Source: Acidimicrobiia bacterium
GTDB lineage: Bacteria; Actinomycetota; Acidimicrobiia; Spongiisociales; Spongiisociaceae
Direction: 5' to 3'
Assembly (NCBI GenBank): GCA_041576165.1
Contig: JBFGLM010000007.1
Span: forward strand, 1 to 64,000
Length of the DNA stretch: 64,000 bases
How positions within the stretch are numbered: position 1 is the stretch's first letter; each line of letters opens with the position of its first letter. The translations under genes were made by a program, and so were the position numbers. The notes under the pieces are model-generated. The model saw only the letters and a program-made list of their open reading frames with translations. It searched no databases and was not told the DNA's origin. Below, one piece after another: positions 37,287-46,866 of the stretch.

Positions 37287-38723
37287 ATGGCCGAAGCCGT
37301 CAAGCTCTACATCGCCGGTGAATGGACCGAAGGCACCGGCACCGAGGTGCATCAGTTGGTGTCCCCGGTCAACGGCGAGCACATCGCCGACATCCCGATC
37401 GCCAGCCGGGACGACGTGGACCGGGCGGTGGCGGCAGCCCGGGCGGCGCAAGACGAGTACCGGCATTGGTCGGCCATCGAACGGGCCGAGCTGAACCATC
37501 GGATCGCAGGTGCGATTGAGCCGCTGATCGAAGAGGTCGCTCGAGTCCAGACCCTTGAGCAGGGCAAGCCCTACCACGAGGAATCGCTGGCCGACGTCGA
37601 CGAGGCCAACAGCTATTTCTCGGAATCGGCGGAGGACGTCAAGAGGCTGGAGGGGGCGGTCATCCCCACCACCGACCGCAACGTGCGCATGTTTACGTTC
37701 CACCGCCCGGTGGGGGTGTGGGCCGCGATCACACCCTGGAACTTCCCGGTGACGATTCCTCTCGAATACGTCGGGCCCGGCCTCGCCACCGGCAACGCCG
37801 TCATTGTGAAGCCGCCGATTCATACCTCATGGGCCCTGCTCAAACTGGCCGAGGCGTTCGACGCCGCCGAGGTACCCAAGGGCCTCATCTCGATCATCCC
37901 CGGCGCGGCCGAGATCGGCGAGATGCTGGTTACCCACGACGGGATCGACGCCATCGGGTTCACCGGTTCGTCTCAGACAGGCAAACGAATCATCTCCCAG
38001 ATGGGGATCAAGCGCTCGATCATGGAGATGTCGGGCAACGGGCCCACCATCGTCACCGCCGACGCCAATGTCGCAGCGGCGGCCGAAGCAGCCGTGTATG
38101 GCACCTACTACAACGCCGGGCAGGTGTGCTGCGCCACCGAACGGGTGATCGTGGTCGAGTCGGTGCACGACGAGCTGGTGGAGCGATCACTCGAGGCGGC
38201 CAAGGTCGTGCACCTCGGCGACCCGTTCGATGAGAAGACCAACATGGGCCCCCTCAACAACGAACCCACCGCCACCAAGATGGACCGGCATATGGCCGAT
38301 GCCCGGGAGCGGGGGGCCGAGGTGCTGCTGGGCGGGGGGCGGGTGGCCGGGTTCCCCACTGACCTCTACTACGACTTCACGATCATTGATCAGGTCCCGG
38401 AGGATGCGGCCGTTGCTCGGGAGGAGTCGTTCGGCCCGGTGATGCCGATCCTGGTTGCGGCCGATGACGAGGAGGCGGTGGCGATTGCCAACCGGACCAA
38501 CCTGGGCCTGCAGGCCGCCGTGTTCACCCGCAGCCTCGACAAGGCGTTCTGGTACACCGACCGGATCCGGTCCGGCACCGTGATCGTCAACGACTCCACC
38601 GACTTCTGGGAGACGTTCCAACCGTTCGGGGGCGCAGCTGGCACCGATACCGGTTGGGGCCGCGGGAAGGTGCCGGAATTCACCGACCTCCAGACCATGG
38701 TGATCAATCTCAACAACGTCTGA
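37287..38723 (+). CDS. NAD(P)-dependent aldehyde dehydrogenase
   Basis: ITPWNFP, FTGSSQTG, EMSGN, NAGQVCC, EESFGP. Confidence 0.94.
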   Translation: MAEAVKLYIAGEWTEGTGTEVHQLVSPVNGEHIADIPIASRDDVDRAVAAARAAQDEYRHWSAIERAELNHRIAGAIEPLIEEVARVQTLEQGKPYHEESLADVDEANSYFSESAEDVKRLEGAVIPTTDRNVRMFTFHRPVGVWAAITPWNFPVTIPLEYVGPGLATGNAVIVKPPIHTSWALLKLAEAFDAAEVPKGLISIIPGAAEIGEMLVTHDGIDAIGFTGSSQTGKRIISQMGIKRSIMEMSGNGPTIVTADANVAAAAEAAVYGTYYNAGQVCCATERVIVVESVHDELVERSLEAAKVVHLGDPFDEKTNMGPLNNEPTATKMDRHMADARERGAEVLLGGGRVAGFPTDLYYDFTIIDQVPEDAAVAREESFGPVMPILVAADDEEAVAIANRTNLGLQAAVFTRSLDKAFWYTDRIRSGTVIVNDSTDFWETFQPFGGAAGTDTGWGRGKVPEFTDLQTMVINLNNV

Positions 38724-38749
38724 GCGAGCAGTTGGCCGGGCGGTGCTGG

Positions 38750-40318
38750 TCACGAGCCCGCGACCAGTTCCCCGTCGACGAACGTCGCGTCAACCGAGAT
38801 CGACCCGATGTCTTTCTCGACGAGAGGATCGGCCGTCGCCACCACCAAGTCGGCCACTTTGCCGGGAGTGATCGAGCCGCTGGTGTCATCGCGGTGGTTG
38901 ACGTAGGCGCTGCCCATAGTGAACCCGTACAGGACCTCCGCGGGCCCGAGCGCTTGATCTGGCAGGAAAGGCTCGTCCTCGGGCGCCTCCTGCCGGGTGA
39001 CCGCCACCGCCATTTGCTCGAACGGGTCGGCCGTGGACACCGGCCAGTCCGACCCGAAGGCCAGGCGGGCTGCGCCGGCGAGCAAATCCCGAAACCGGTA
39101 CTGCCACCCGGTGCGTTCAGGTCCGAGCCGGGGAGCGGTCAGCTGGAGCATGCACGCGTCGTTACACGCCCACAAAGCCTGGGCGTTGGCGACCACCCCC
39201 AACTCGGCAAAGCGGGGGACGTCGGCGTCGTTGATCACTTGAATGTGGGCGATCTGCGGACGTACCCGGGCGGCGTCGGCCGGGTCGCCGGCGGCGACCG
39301 CGTCCAAAGCATCCCTGATCGCCCGGTCGCCGATGGCGTGGAAGTGGGGCTGCACCCCGGCCGCCATGATGGCGGGCACCGCCTCGACCAGGACCTCGGG
39401 CGGGATGAAGGTGAGCCCGACATCGTCGACGGTGCCGGCATAGGGCGCCTGCAGGGCGGCGGTGCCGTTCTCACACACCCCATCAACCATGAGCTTGATG
39501 GCGGTCGGCTGGTAGCGAACAGTCGGCTCGACCGCGCGACGCAGGAGCTCCTCGAGCTGGTCGGTGCCGCGGTGACGATCCCACCACTGCGCCCCCACCA
39601 CCCGGGCGGTCAGGCCGCCATCGGCATCCAGGCGCCGGTACGCCTCGTGGGTGGGCTGCTCGACCCAGGCGTCCTGCCAGGCGGTGATGCCCAGACCCAG
39701 CAGCATTTCCTGCGCTCGCCGGATCCCCTCGACGTGATCGTCGACGGTGTCGCTGGGCGCGTGGCGGCCCACCAGCGCGACCGCCCCTTCCTGCAGGGTG
39801 CCGGACGGGTTTCCGTCCGCGTCGCGTTCGATCCGGCCGTCCGGCGGGTCGGGAGTGGCGGCGGTGACACCGGCCTGCGCCAACGCGCGGGTGTTGACCC
39901 AGGCGGCGTGGCCGTCCCGGCTGTGCAGGAACACCGGCCGGTCGGGAACGACGTGGTCGATCAGCTCGGTCCGGGCCACCCCACCGGGGAATGACTCCAT
40001 CGTCCAGCCGCCGCCCAGGATCCAAGTCTGGTCGGGATGGGTGGCGGCGTAGCGGGCGATGGCGTCGATGTATGCCGCCGGTTCCCCCACGTCGTGAAGG
40101 TCGCAGCGCAGCATGGCCAGCCCGCCGAGGGGCGGATGGATGTGGGCGTCCTGGAACCCGGGCAGGAGGGTACGGCCCGCCAGGTCGTACGGGGTGCCGG
40201 GTGGCGGCGGGCCCGTGCCGACGGCCTCGATCCGGCCTTGATCGACCATGACCCAGTCGGGATCGGAGTGATTCGGATCAAGGCTGTGGATGACCCCGTT
40301 GGTGAATACTGTCGGCAT
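38750..40318 (-). CDS. Amidohydrolase 3 family (YtcJ/NfdA-like)
   Basis: PGFQDAHIH, GHAAWVN, HAIGDRA, IAHIQ, GSDWPV, GKVADLV. Confidence 0.92.
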   Translation of the reverse strand: MPTVFTNGVIHSLDPNHSDPDWVMVDQGRIEAVGTGPPPPGTPYDLAGRTLLPGFQDAHIHPPLGGLAMLRCDLHDVGEPAAYIDAIARYAATHPDQTWILGGGWTMESFPGGVARTELIDHVVPDRPVFLHSRDGHAAWVNTRALAQAGVTAATPDPPDGRIERDADGNPSGTLQEGAVALVGRHAPSDTVDDHVEGIRRAQEMLLGLGITAWQDAWVEQPTHEAYRRLDADGGLTARVVGAQWWDRHRGTDQLEELLRRAVEPTVRYQPTAIKLMVDGVCENGTAALQAPYAGTVDDVGLTFIPPEVLVEAVPAIMAAGVQPHFHAIGDRAIRDALDAVAAGDPADAARVRPQIAHIQVINDADVPRFAELGVVANAQALWACNDACMLQLTAPRLGPERTGWQYRFRDLLAGAARLAFGSDWPVSTADPFEQMAVAVTRQEAPEDEPFLPDQALGPAEVLYGFTMGSAYVNHRDDTSGSITPGKVADLVVATADPLVEKDIGSISVDATFVDGELVAGS

Positions 40319-40439
40319 CGGCCGGAGCGTACTGCTCCGATGGACCGGGCGGCCGGCCGCCACCGGTGCGGCGATGGCGAGCCGGGTACGATCGCCGCAT
40401 CACACACAGCACTGCACAGAAATCGGACATCGAGCTGTC

Positions 40440-42008
40440 GTGACCCCGGCCGAGCTGCTGGCGGCCTTGCAACCGGGCGCACCGCCCGATGTGGACCAGA
40501 GTCGGTGGGACGTGGTAGTCGTGGGCGGCGGCCACAACGGGCTGACCGCCGCCGCCTATCTGGCGCGAGCCGGCAAACGGGTCGTCGTTCTGGAGCGGCG
40601 CGACCGGTTGGGCGGGGCGGCCACCCTCGAGGAAATGTGGCCGGGGTACATCATCTCGCCCTGTGCCTACCTGGCCGGTCTGTTTCACCAGAGGGTCATC
40701 GACGATCTCGATCTCTACGGCCATGGTCTGGAGATCGTCATGGGGGAGGCCACCTACTTCGCCCCGTTCGAGGACGGCCACGCCTTCACGATGTGGAGCG
40801 ACACCGAGCGGACGTTGGAATCGATCCGTTCGTTCGCACCCGCCGAGGTCGACGGCTTCCTCGCCCGCGAGGACGTGCACGACCGGCTGCGAGACGCCCT
40901 GCGGCCGGCGGATGACGCCGACCTCTGGCTGGCGGAGCCGCCCACCCGGGAGGAGATCGAGAAGCGGCTCGGGCACGATTCCGAGCTGATCTCCACGTTG
41001 TTCGAGGACTCCCAGGTGGATCATCTCCGTCGTTACTTGCGGGATGAGCGGATGGTGACGGCCTTCGTGGGACAGGGAATCATCGGCACCAACGCGTCGC
41101 CGTTCGATCCCGGCACCGCCTCGATCGACTATCACCACGCGTCGGGTCGCCAGGAGGGCCAGCCCGGGGAGTGGGGTTTCGTGATGGGAGGCGTGGGGGC
41201 GGTTTCCCATGCGTTGCACATGGCCGCGGTCGAAGCTGGGGCGATGGTGGCAACTGGGGTTCCGGTGGCCGAGATCCGACCGGGCGTGGGCGTCATGCTC
41301 GACAGCGGCGACCTGATCGAGGCGCCAATTGTGGTATCGAACGCCGACCCGGCCCGAACCGTAACCCTGCTGGGAGAGGCCGCGTCACAAGGCCTGCGCG
41401 GGGCGGTCGCGCAGGTCCCACGGGAGAGCGCAACCGTGAAGGTCACGTTCGCTCTCTCGGCGCTGCCCGACTTCGGCTACCCCCACGCCACCCTGGCCCA
41501 GGTGGAGATCGCCCGCAGCGCCGATGCCCTCCACGAATCCTATCTGGCGGCGCAGCGCGGAAAGGTGTCCGACGAACTGTGGTGTGAGCTGTACTTCCAG
41601 ACGCCCTACGACTCGTCGATCGCGCCGCCCGGCAAGCACGTCCTTTCGGCTTTCTGCCAGTACGTGCCGTATCGGTGGGCGGATGGCCGCAGCTGGGACG
41701 AGCATCGGGCAGATGTAGGGGAGCGGGTGGTCCGCTCGATCGAGCGGTTCGCACCCGGATTCGGGGGCCTGGTGGAAGAGATTTGGGTCGACGGTCCACC
41801 CGACATAGAGGCGCGCACCGGTCTCACCGGGGGCCACATCTTCCATGGGGAATGCCTGCCGGCGTATATGTGGGACCGGAGGCTCCCGTACCGGACCGAC
41901 GTGGCGGGCGTGTACCTGTGCGGAGCCGGCACTCATCCAGGCGGCTCGGTCATCGGCGCCAACGGACGGAACGCGGCGCACGCGGTGCTGGCCGATCTCG
42001 GGCAATGA
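40440..42008 (+). CDS. Phytoene-dehydrogenase-like FAD oxidoreductase (PYROXD2-like)
   Basis: GGGHNGLTAAAYLA, GGHIFHGE, GAGTHPGGSVIGANGRNAA. Confidence 0.9.
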   Translation: MTPAELLAALQPGAPPDVDQSRWDVVVVGGGHNGLTAAAYLARAGKRVVVLERRDRLGGAATLEEMWPGYIISPCAYLAGLFHQRVIDDLDLYGHGLEIVMGEATYFAPFEDGHAFTMWSDTERTLESIRSFAPAEVDGFLAREDVHDRLRDALRPADDADLWLAEPPTREEIEKRLGHDSELISTLFEDSQVDHLRRYLRDERMVTAFVGQGIIGTNASPFDPGTASIDYHHASGRQEGQPGEWGFVMGGVGAVSHALHMAAVEAGAMVATGVPVAEIRPGVGVMLDSGDLIEAPIVVSNADPARTVTLLGEAASQGLRGAVAQVPRESATVKVTFALSALPDFGYPHATLAQVEIARSADALHESYLAAQRGKVSDELWCELYFQTPYDSSIAPPGKHVLSAFCQYVPYRWADGRSWDEHRADVGERVVRSIERFAPGFGGLVEEIWVDGPPDIEARTGLTGGHIFHGECLPAYMWDRRLPYRTDVAGVYLCGAGTHPGGSVIGANGRNAAHAVLADLGQ

Positions 42009-42027
42009 CGGGCCGGGCCACGAGGTC

Positions 42028-43386
42028 ATGACGGCACTCCGGACGAGGCTGGCGGCCGGGGTGCTGCTCATCGTCGCCTGTAGTGGGGGAACGCCGTCGC
42101 CGGCGGAACCCGCCCAGCCGGAGCCGACCCAGACGCCGCCAGCTTCGAGCGCAGCCCCGACAACGGCTGTCGCAAACTCCACGCCACCGTCCGCCGCGGT
42201 GGCGGCGCCCGTGGGCGCCGCGACGACCAGCGGCGATCTCAGCGGCAACCGGATTGTCTGGGGATCGGTCGACTTGGGCCAGGCCCCGCTAGTCGTGGCC
42301 CTGGACCGTCCGGCCGCCTGGATAGTGGGGATCCTCGACGGAGCGAGCCCGACCTGGGTTGTAGTGGCCGACGACGGCACGATCGAGGCCTACCGGATGG
42401 AGAACGATTCCGCGATCCGGGCTCCGATTGGCGGTCCGTTGACGTTGCCCCCGGGTGTGCCACCCTTGGTTGTCGCCGATGCAGCCGGGCCGCAGGTGGT
42501 CGATCTGGCAGATGCGGGTCCCGGATTGGATCCTTCGCCGCTCACTGCTCCGGGTCGGGTGGGTGACGAGGTGATCTTCATGGGAACGGACGGTCGGGTG
42601 GTCGCGGGCGGAGTTCCCGTCGAGGGCCCGCCGGCGCTGGCGGATGGCAGGATCGTGACCTCATCGGAGGGACGGGTGGCCTATCTGGCCGAGCCCACCG
42701 GTCGTTTTGGTCACGGCGTGCTGGGCGACTTCGTCGAGTCGGAGTCGATCGTCGTCACCGACCTTGCGCCCCCCGGATCGGTGGATGCAATCCTCGACGC
42801 GCCCGACGACACCGTGTTCGAGGCCATTTCTCCTATGTGGGCTGATGTTGACGGCGACGGCGTCGAGGAGATCGTGGCGACTGCGTCGGACGGGATGTCG
42901 GGCGCCCGCCTCGTGGTGTATGCCGCGGAGGGCGGGATCATGGCGCAGTCCGTTCCGATTGGGCGCGGCAACCGCTGGCTGAACCAACTCGGCGCGGGCC
43001 CGGTCGGGCCCGGCGGCGAGATCGAGATCGTTGAGGTGCGAACTCCGCACATCGGCGGTGAGGTCCGCTGGTACCGGCTGTCGGGTGGCCAGCTGGTGCT
43101 GCAGACGACCGCCCGCACCTACTCCACCCATCGGATCGGGTCGCGCAACCTGGATCAGGGCCTATTCGTCGACACCAACGGTGATGGCCGTCTCGATGTG
43201 CTCGTGCCGACGCAGGACCAAACGGCGCTGGTAGGACTCGCTAGGACCGGCGACGGGGTGGCGGTCACGGCGTCGGTTGAGCTCGGTGCTCGCCTGGTGA
43301 GCAATGTCGCGGCGGTGGGCTACAGAGATGGCGCCGCCGCGCTGGCCGCCGGCACCGCCGACGGCAGCCTGTATATCTGGCCCTGA
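42028..43386 (+). CDS. Lipoprotein with FG-GAP/VCBS-like repeats
   Basis: Lipobox IVAC; RFGHGVLGD; ADVDGDGVEEIV; DTNGDGRLDVLV. Confidence 0.82.
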   Translation: MTALRTRLAAGVLLIVACSGGTPSPAEPAQPEPTQTPPASSAAPTTAVANSTPPSAAVAAPVGAATTSGDLSGNRIVWGSVDLGQAPLVVALDRPAAWIVGILDGASPTWVVVADDGTIEAYRMENDSAIRAPIGGPLTLPPGVPPLVVADAAGPQVVDLADAGPGLDPSPLTAPGRVGDEVIFMGTDGRVVAGGVPVEGPPALADGRIVTSSEGRVAYLAEPTGRFGHGVLGDFVESESIVVTDLAPPGSVDAILDAPDDTVFEAISPMWADVDGDGVEEIVATASDGMSGARLVVYAAEGGIMAQSVPIGRGNRWLNQLGAGPVGPGGEIEIVEVRTPHIGGEVRWYRLSGGQLVLQTTARTYSTHRIGSRNLDQGLFVDTNGDGRLDVLVPTQDQTALVGLARTGDGVAVTASVELGARLVSNVAAVGYRDGAAALAAGTADGSLYIWP

Positions 43387-43393
43387 CCACCGT

Positions 43394-44566
43394 TCAGCCC
43401 TCGACGTGGGACTGGTTGAGGGGCATGAGGAAGAACCACAACGGCCGGGGGATGTCCTCGTCCTGGGCCATGGCTGCCTGGGCGGCGTGCACCACTTTGC
43501 CGGCTTCGGTGTGCTGGTAGATCCAGCTGTCCACCTGGCGGGCGCCCGGGACGTGATCAGCGAGCGACTGGGCCGCCTCTTCGTAATAGGAGCGGACGTC
43601 TAGCGCGGCCGCAAGCACGTCGCCCCCCGGCACCCCGGCCTCTTTGAAGTGGACACCCTCGCCGATGCGGACGAACGCCTCGAGAATCGCCGGAATGTCA
43701 TCGACCGTGCCGGCCCGCCCGACGCTGGTGATCCCGTTGCGTTCGAGCGTTCGGTTGTAGGCCGGCCGGATCCCGTTGGCTTCGTCGATCGCCGGATGCA
43801 GATCGGGATCGAACCTCGGCGGAATCTGGCAGACGAGCGCCTCGTCTGATTGATCTTCCAGAACCTCGGGAAACTCGACGAGCACCGGTCCGGATGGCTC
43901 CTTCAGCAGATCGAGGGCGGCCGTCATGACCCTCTTCTGGTAGTCGGGGTCGTTAGGTTTGCCCAGCGGGCGCCCCAGCGGAAACTCGACGTACAGCGCC
44001 CGGGGCGGGGCGGACCGTTCGATCTGGCCCCGGACCGACGCAATCACGACGGTGGAAAGCCCGGCGCCTTCGAGGATGTGGCCCAGCGTACCGACCGTAC
44101 GCGTGCACAGCGGTCAGACGGGAGTGAGCAACACCACCTCAACGCCGTCGTCCTGGAGGATTTGCGCAGCGGCCGGGCCGGTGTCGAGGCGCATGGTGGC
44201 GAGTGTGTGGTCTCCCTGCGCGCCCATGAACGAGATGTGTTGGTTTGCGACTGAGCCGATTGTGCCCGCGGCGGCCATTTCGTCGAGGCGGTCCATCGGG
44301 ATGACGACGTTGATGTCGCTGTTGAATCCAGACCTGTCAAAGTTCTGGCTGCGATGCGACAGCGTGAGGTGTTTCTCGCCGTGAGGAATCACCGTGAAGC
44401 CCTGGTCCTGGTTCGACCACATGATCACGCCGTCGGTGCGCAGACCCGCGGTCGTGACAATCGCCACCCGGGCGTCGGCCAGCGCCGGGGGCCTGGTGAA
44501 CGCGGTCTCCTCGAACTCGTATACGGGAATGTCGTTGTACGTTGCTCTGACTTTGGCGTCGCTCAT
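43394..44566 (-). CDS. PrdB/GrdB-like selenoprotein (390 aa, Sec151 in a UxxC motif) with C-terminal extension
   Basis: ARVAIVTTAG..DINVVIPMDRL..SFMG..DGVEVVLLTPV-TGA(44114-44116)-PLCTRTVG continues in frame into ORF 43394-44047 (PPRALYVEFPLGRPLG); SECIS-like hairpin follows. Confidence 0.88.
44086..44102 (-). promoter_or_regulatory. Bacterial SECIS-like hairpin
   Basis: GCGUAC-GGUCG-GUACGC starting after an 11-nt spacer 3' of the UGA; loop begins with G. Confidence 0.75.
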
Positions 44567-44620
44567 GGGAGGCGAGCGTAGCGGCTCACCGCTCACGGCC
44601 GCGCAAGATCGAGCAGCGTT

Positions 44621-44647
44621 TGTCACAACCAGGAAGGCTGTCTCGTC
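44621..44647 (+). promoter_or_regulatory. ECF41 target promoter
   Basis: Exact TGTCACA-N16-CGTC upstream of oxidoreductase-sigma operon. Confidence 0.88.
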
Positions 44648-44670
44648 AACTCTGCGTCGAAAGGAGTTGT

Positions 44671-45936
44671 ATGACGACCATCGTCATCGGCGGCGGCCTC
44701 TCAGGCCTGACCGCAGCCAACACCCTGGCGGATCGTGGCGAAACCGTCACCTTGCTCGAAGCACGCAATCGGCTCGGTGGCCGTGCCACCACCGACGAGC
44801 GGGACGGGCACCTGTTCAACCAGGGCCCCCACGCCCTCTATCTGGCCGGCAACGGCCTGCGAATCCTGCGCGAGCTTGGCATCGATCCGCCGGGCGGGGT
44901 ACCGCCCGTCGAGGGCGCGCTGGGCGTCTACGAAGGTCAAATCGTGCGATTGCCGTCCAGTCGCTGGTCCTTGCTGCGGACGCCGCTCCTCGCCGCGAGC
45001 GAGAAGATCGAGCTGGCGAAGATGCTCCTGGCCCTCACCCGGGTTGCGACCAGCCCCCTTGCCGCCATGTCGACACGTGAGTGGTTGGACGCAACCTTGA
45101 GCACGGAACGTCTCCGGCTGCTGGTTGGGGGCATGATCAGTGTTGCCACCTATGCGGCCGATCTCGACGTGCTCTCCGCCGATGTCGGTGTGTCTCAGCT
45201 GCAGCTGGCATTTCACAACGTTCGGTACGTCGATGGAGGATGGGAAACGATCGTGAATGCCCTGGCCGCCCGGGCCCGCACCGCCGGCGTGGACATCCGC
45301 ACCGGATCTGCTGCTTCCTCGGTCGAGCCGGCGCGCGGCGGCGGTTGGGCGGTGGACCTCTCCGATGGCAGATTGAGGGCGGATCAGGTCATCGTTGCGG
45401 CCGCCTCACCGGCCGCGGCGGCGCGCCTGACCGGTTCGGAGGCCCTGCTGGAATCGAGCGGGCGGGTGCAGCCGATTGCTGCCGCGTCTCTGGACGTTGG
45501 ACTACGGGCACTGCCAGTCCCTCGTCGTCGTTTCGCGTACGGTATCGACCGTCCACTGTATTTCTCGGTCCACAACCCGCCGGCCGGTCTCGGCCCGGGA
45601 ATCACGCTCCATGTGACGAAATACCTCAGCTGCGACGGTGAGTCACCAGCGGCTTCGGTGCGTTCCGAACTCGAGGACTTCCTCCAGTTGCTGCAGCCGG
45701 GTTGGCGGAACGTTCTCGACACGGCGCGGTTCCTCCGCCGGATGATGGTGTCCAACGCCATCCCGACCGCCCCCCATGGTGCCGGCGGCCGTCCCGACGT
45801 CGTCGTGCCCGACCGCGCCGGCATCTTCGTGGCAGGCGATTGGGTAGGCCCCGAGGGACATCTCGCCGACGCGGCCATAACATCAGGAAGGCGGGCCGCA
45901 GAGGCCGTGCTCGCCGCGAGACTGGTCCGAGCATGA
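44671..45936 (+). CDS. FAD-dependent oxidoreductase (flavin amine oxidase / phytoene desaturase-like)
   Basis: IGGGLSGLTAA, LGGRA, NQGPHALY, AGDWVGPEGHLADAA; SD AAGGAG. Confidence 0.9.
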   Translation: MTTIVIGGGLSGLTAANTLADRGETVTLLEARNRLGGRATTDERDGHLFNQGPHALYLAGNGLRILRELGIDPPGGVPPVEGALGVYEGQIVRLPSSRWSLLRTPLLAASEKIELAKMLLALTRVATSPLAAMSTREWLDATLSTERLRLLVGGMISVATYAADLDVLSADVGVSQLQLAFHNVRYVDGGWETIVNALAARARTAGVDIRTGSAASSVEPARGGGWAVDLSDGRLRADQVIVAAASPAAAARLTGSEALLESSGRVQPIAAASLDVGLRALPVPRRRFAYGIDRPLYFSVHNPPAGLGPGITLHVTKYLSCDGESPAASVRSELEDFLQLLQPGWRNVLDTARFLRRMMVSNAIPTAPHGAGGRPDVVVPDRAGIFVAGDWVGPEGHLADAAITSGRRAAEAVLAARLVRA

Positions 45937-46817
45937 GCGAGATCTTCGAGGCACACCGGCGCCGGCTGTTCGGTATCGCATACGCCATGCTGGGCCAAGT
46001 CATGGACGCCGAGGACGTTGTCCAGGACGCCTATTTGCGCTGGCAATCGGTGGAACAGACCCGGGTCGAGAACCCGGGCGGCTACCTCACAACCATCACC
46101 ACCCGAATCGCCATCGATCGCCTTCGTTCGGCCCAGAAACGGCGCGAAACATACATCGGGCCGTGGCTCCCGGAGCCAGTCGTGACGGACGCTGATCCCG
46201 CAGATGTCGTGGCCGAAGCCGAGCGGATCTCCTTTGCGTTCCTGACCGCTCTGGAGCGCCTCAACCCGGTGGAGCGGGCCGTGCTGGTGCTGCGGGATGT
46301 GTTCGATCTGGAGTACGCGGACATCGCCGACGTTGTCGACCGGACCCCAGCCAATTGTCGCCAGATTGCGGTCAGGGCGCGGGAGCACGTCGGCGACGCC
46401 GGCCGCTCGTACAAGCCGCCACCGGAACGCGAGCAGGAACTTGTCGCTGCCTTCGTCACCGCCCTGGCGGAGGGAGAGCTGGATCGGCTGATGGACGTGT
46501 TCGCCGCAGATGTGACCCTGTGGTCGGACGGCGGTGGGAAGGCTCGGGCCGCTCGTCACCCGATCTCCGGCGCGCTGAAGGTCGCCCGGTTTCTGCTCGG
46601 GATCCGGAGGAACGCCACGCCCGATGACACGTGGGGATACACCACCGCGAACGGAGACCCCGCCATTGTCGTGGCTCGTGACGGCAAACCCTTCTCGGTC
46701 ATGGTGCTCCAGATGTCCTATGGCGGGATCGTCGCGCTCCGCTCAGTGCTCAACCCGGACAAGCTCGAACATTGGTCCGACGTCGCAGCACCGAACCCCA
46801 TGACGTTCGTGACGTAG
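45933..46817 (+). CDS. sigJ: ECF41 (SigJ-type) sigma factor with SnoaL-like extension
   Basis: AEDVVQDAYLRW, GPWLPEP, SDGGGK, NPDKL. Confidence 0.93.
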   Translation: MSEIFEAHRRRLFGIAYAMLGQVMDAEDVVQDAYLRWQSVEQTRVENPGGYLTTITTRIAIDRLRSAQKRRETYIGPWLPEPVVTDADPADVVAEAERISFAFLTALERLNPVERAVLVLRDVFDLEYADIADVVDRTPANCRQIAVRAREHVGDAGRSYKPPPEREQELVAAFVTALAEGELDRLMDVFAADVTLWSDGGGKARAARHPISGALKVARFLLGIRRNATPDDTWGYTTANGDPAIVVARDGKPFSVMVLQMSYGGIVALRSVLNPDKLEHWSDVAAPNPMTFVT

Positions 46818-46866
46818 CCGTCGGCGTCCGGTCTACGCTTCCACGCAGGCGGCCACGGGGAGCAAC

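Noticed and set aside
43394-44626. Two separate genes or a nonsense pseudogene
   Set aside because: The UGA falls at the family's Sec position in a UxxC motif, both halves are in frame and intact, and a SECIS-like hairpin follows
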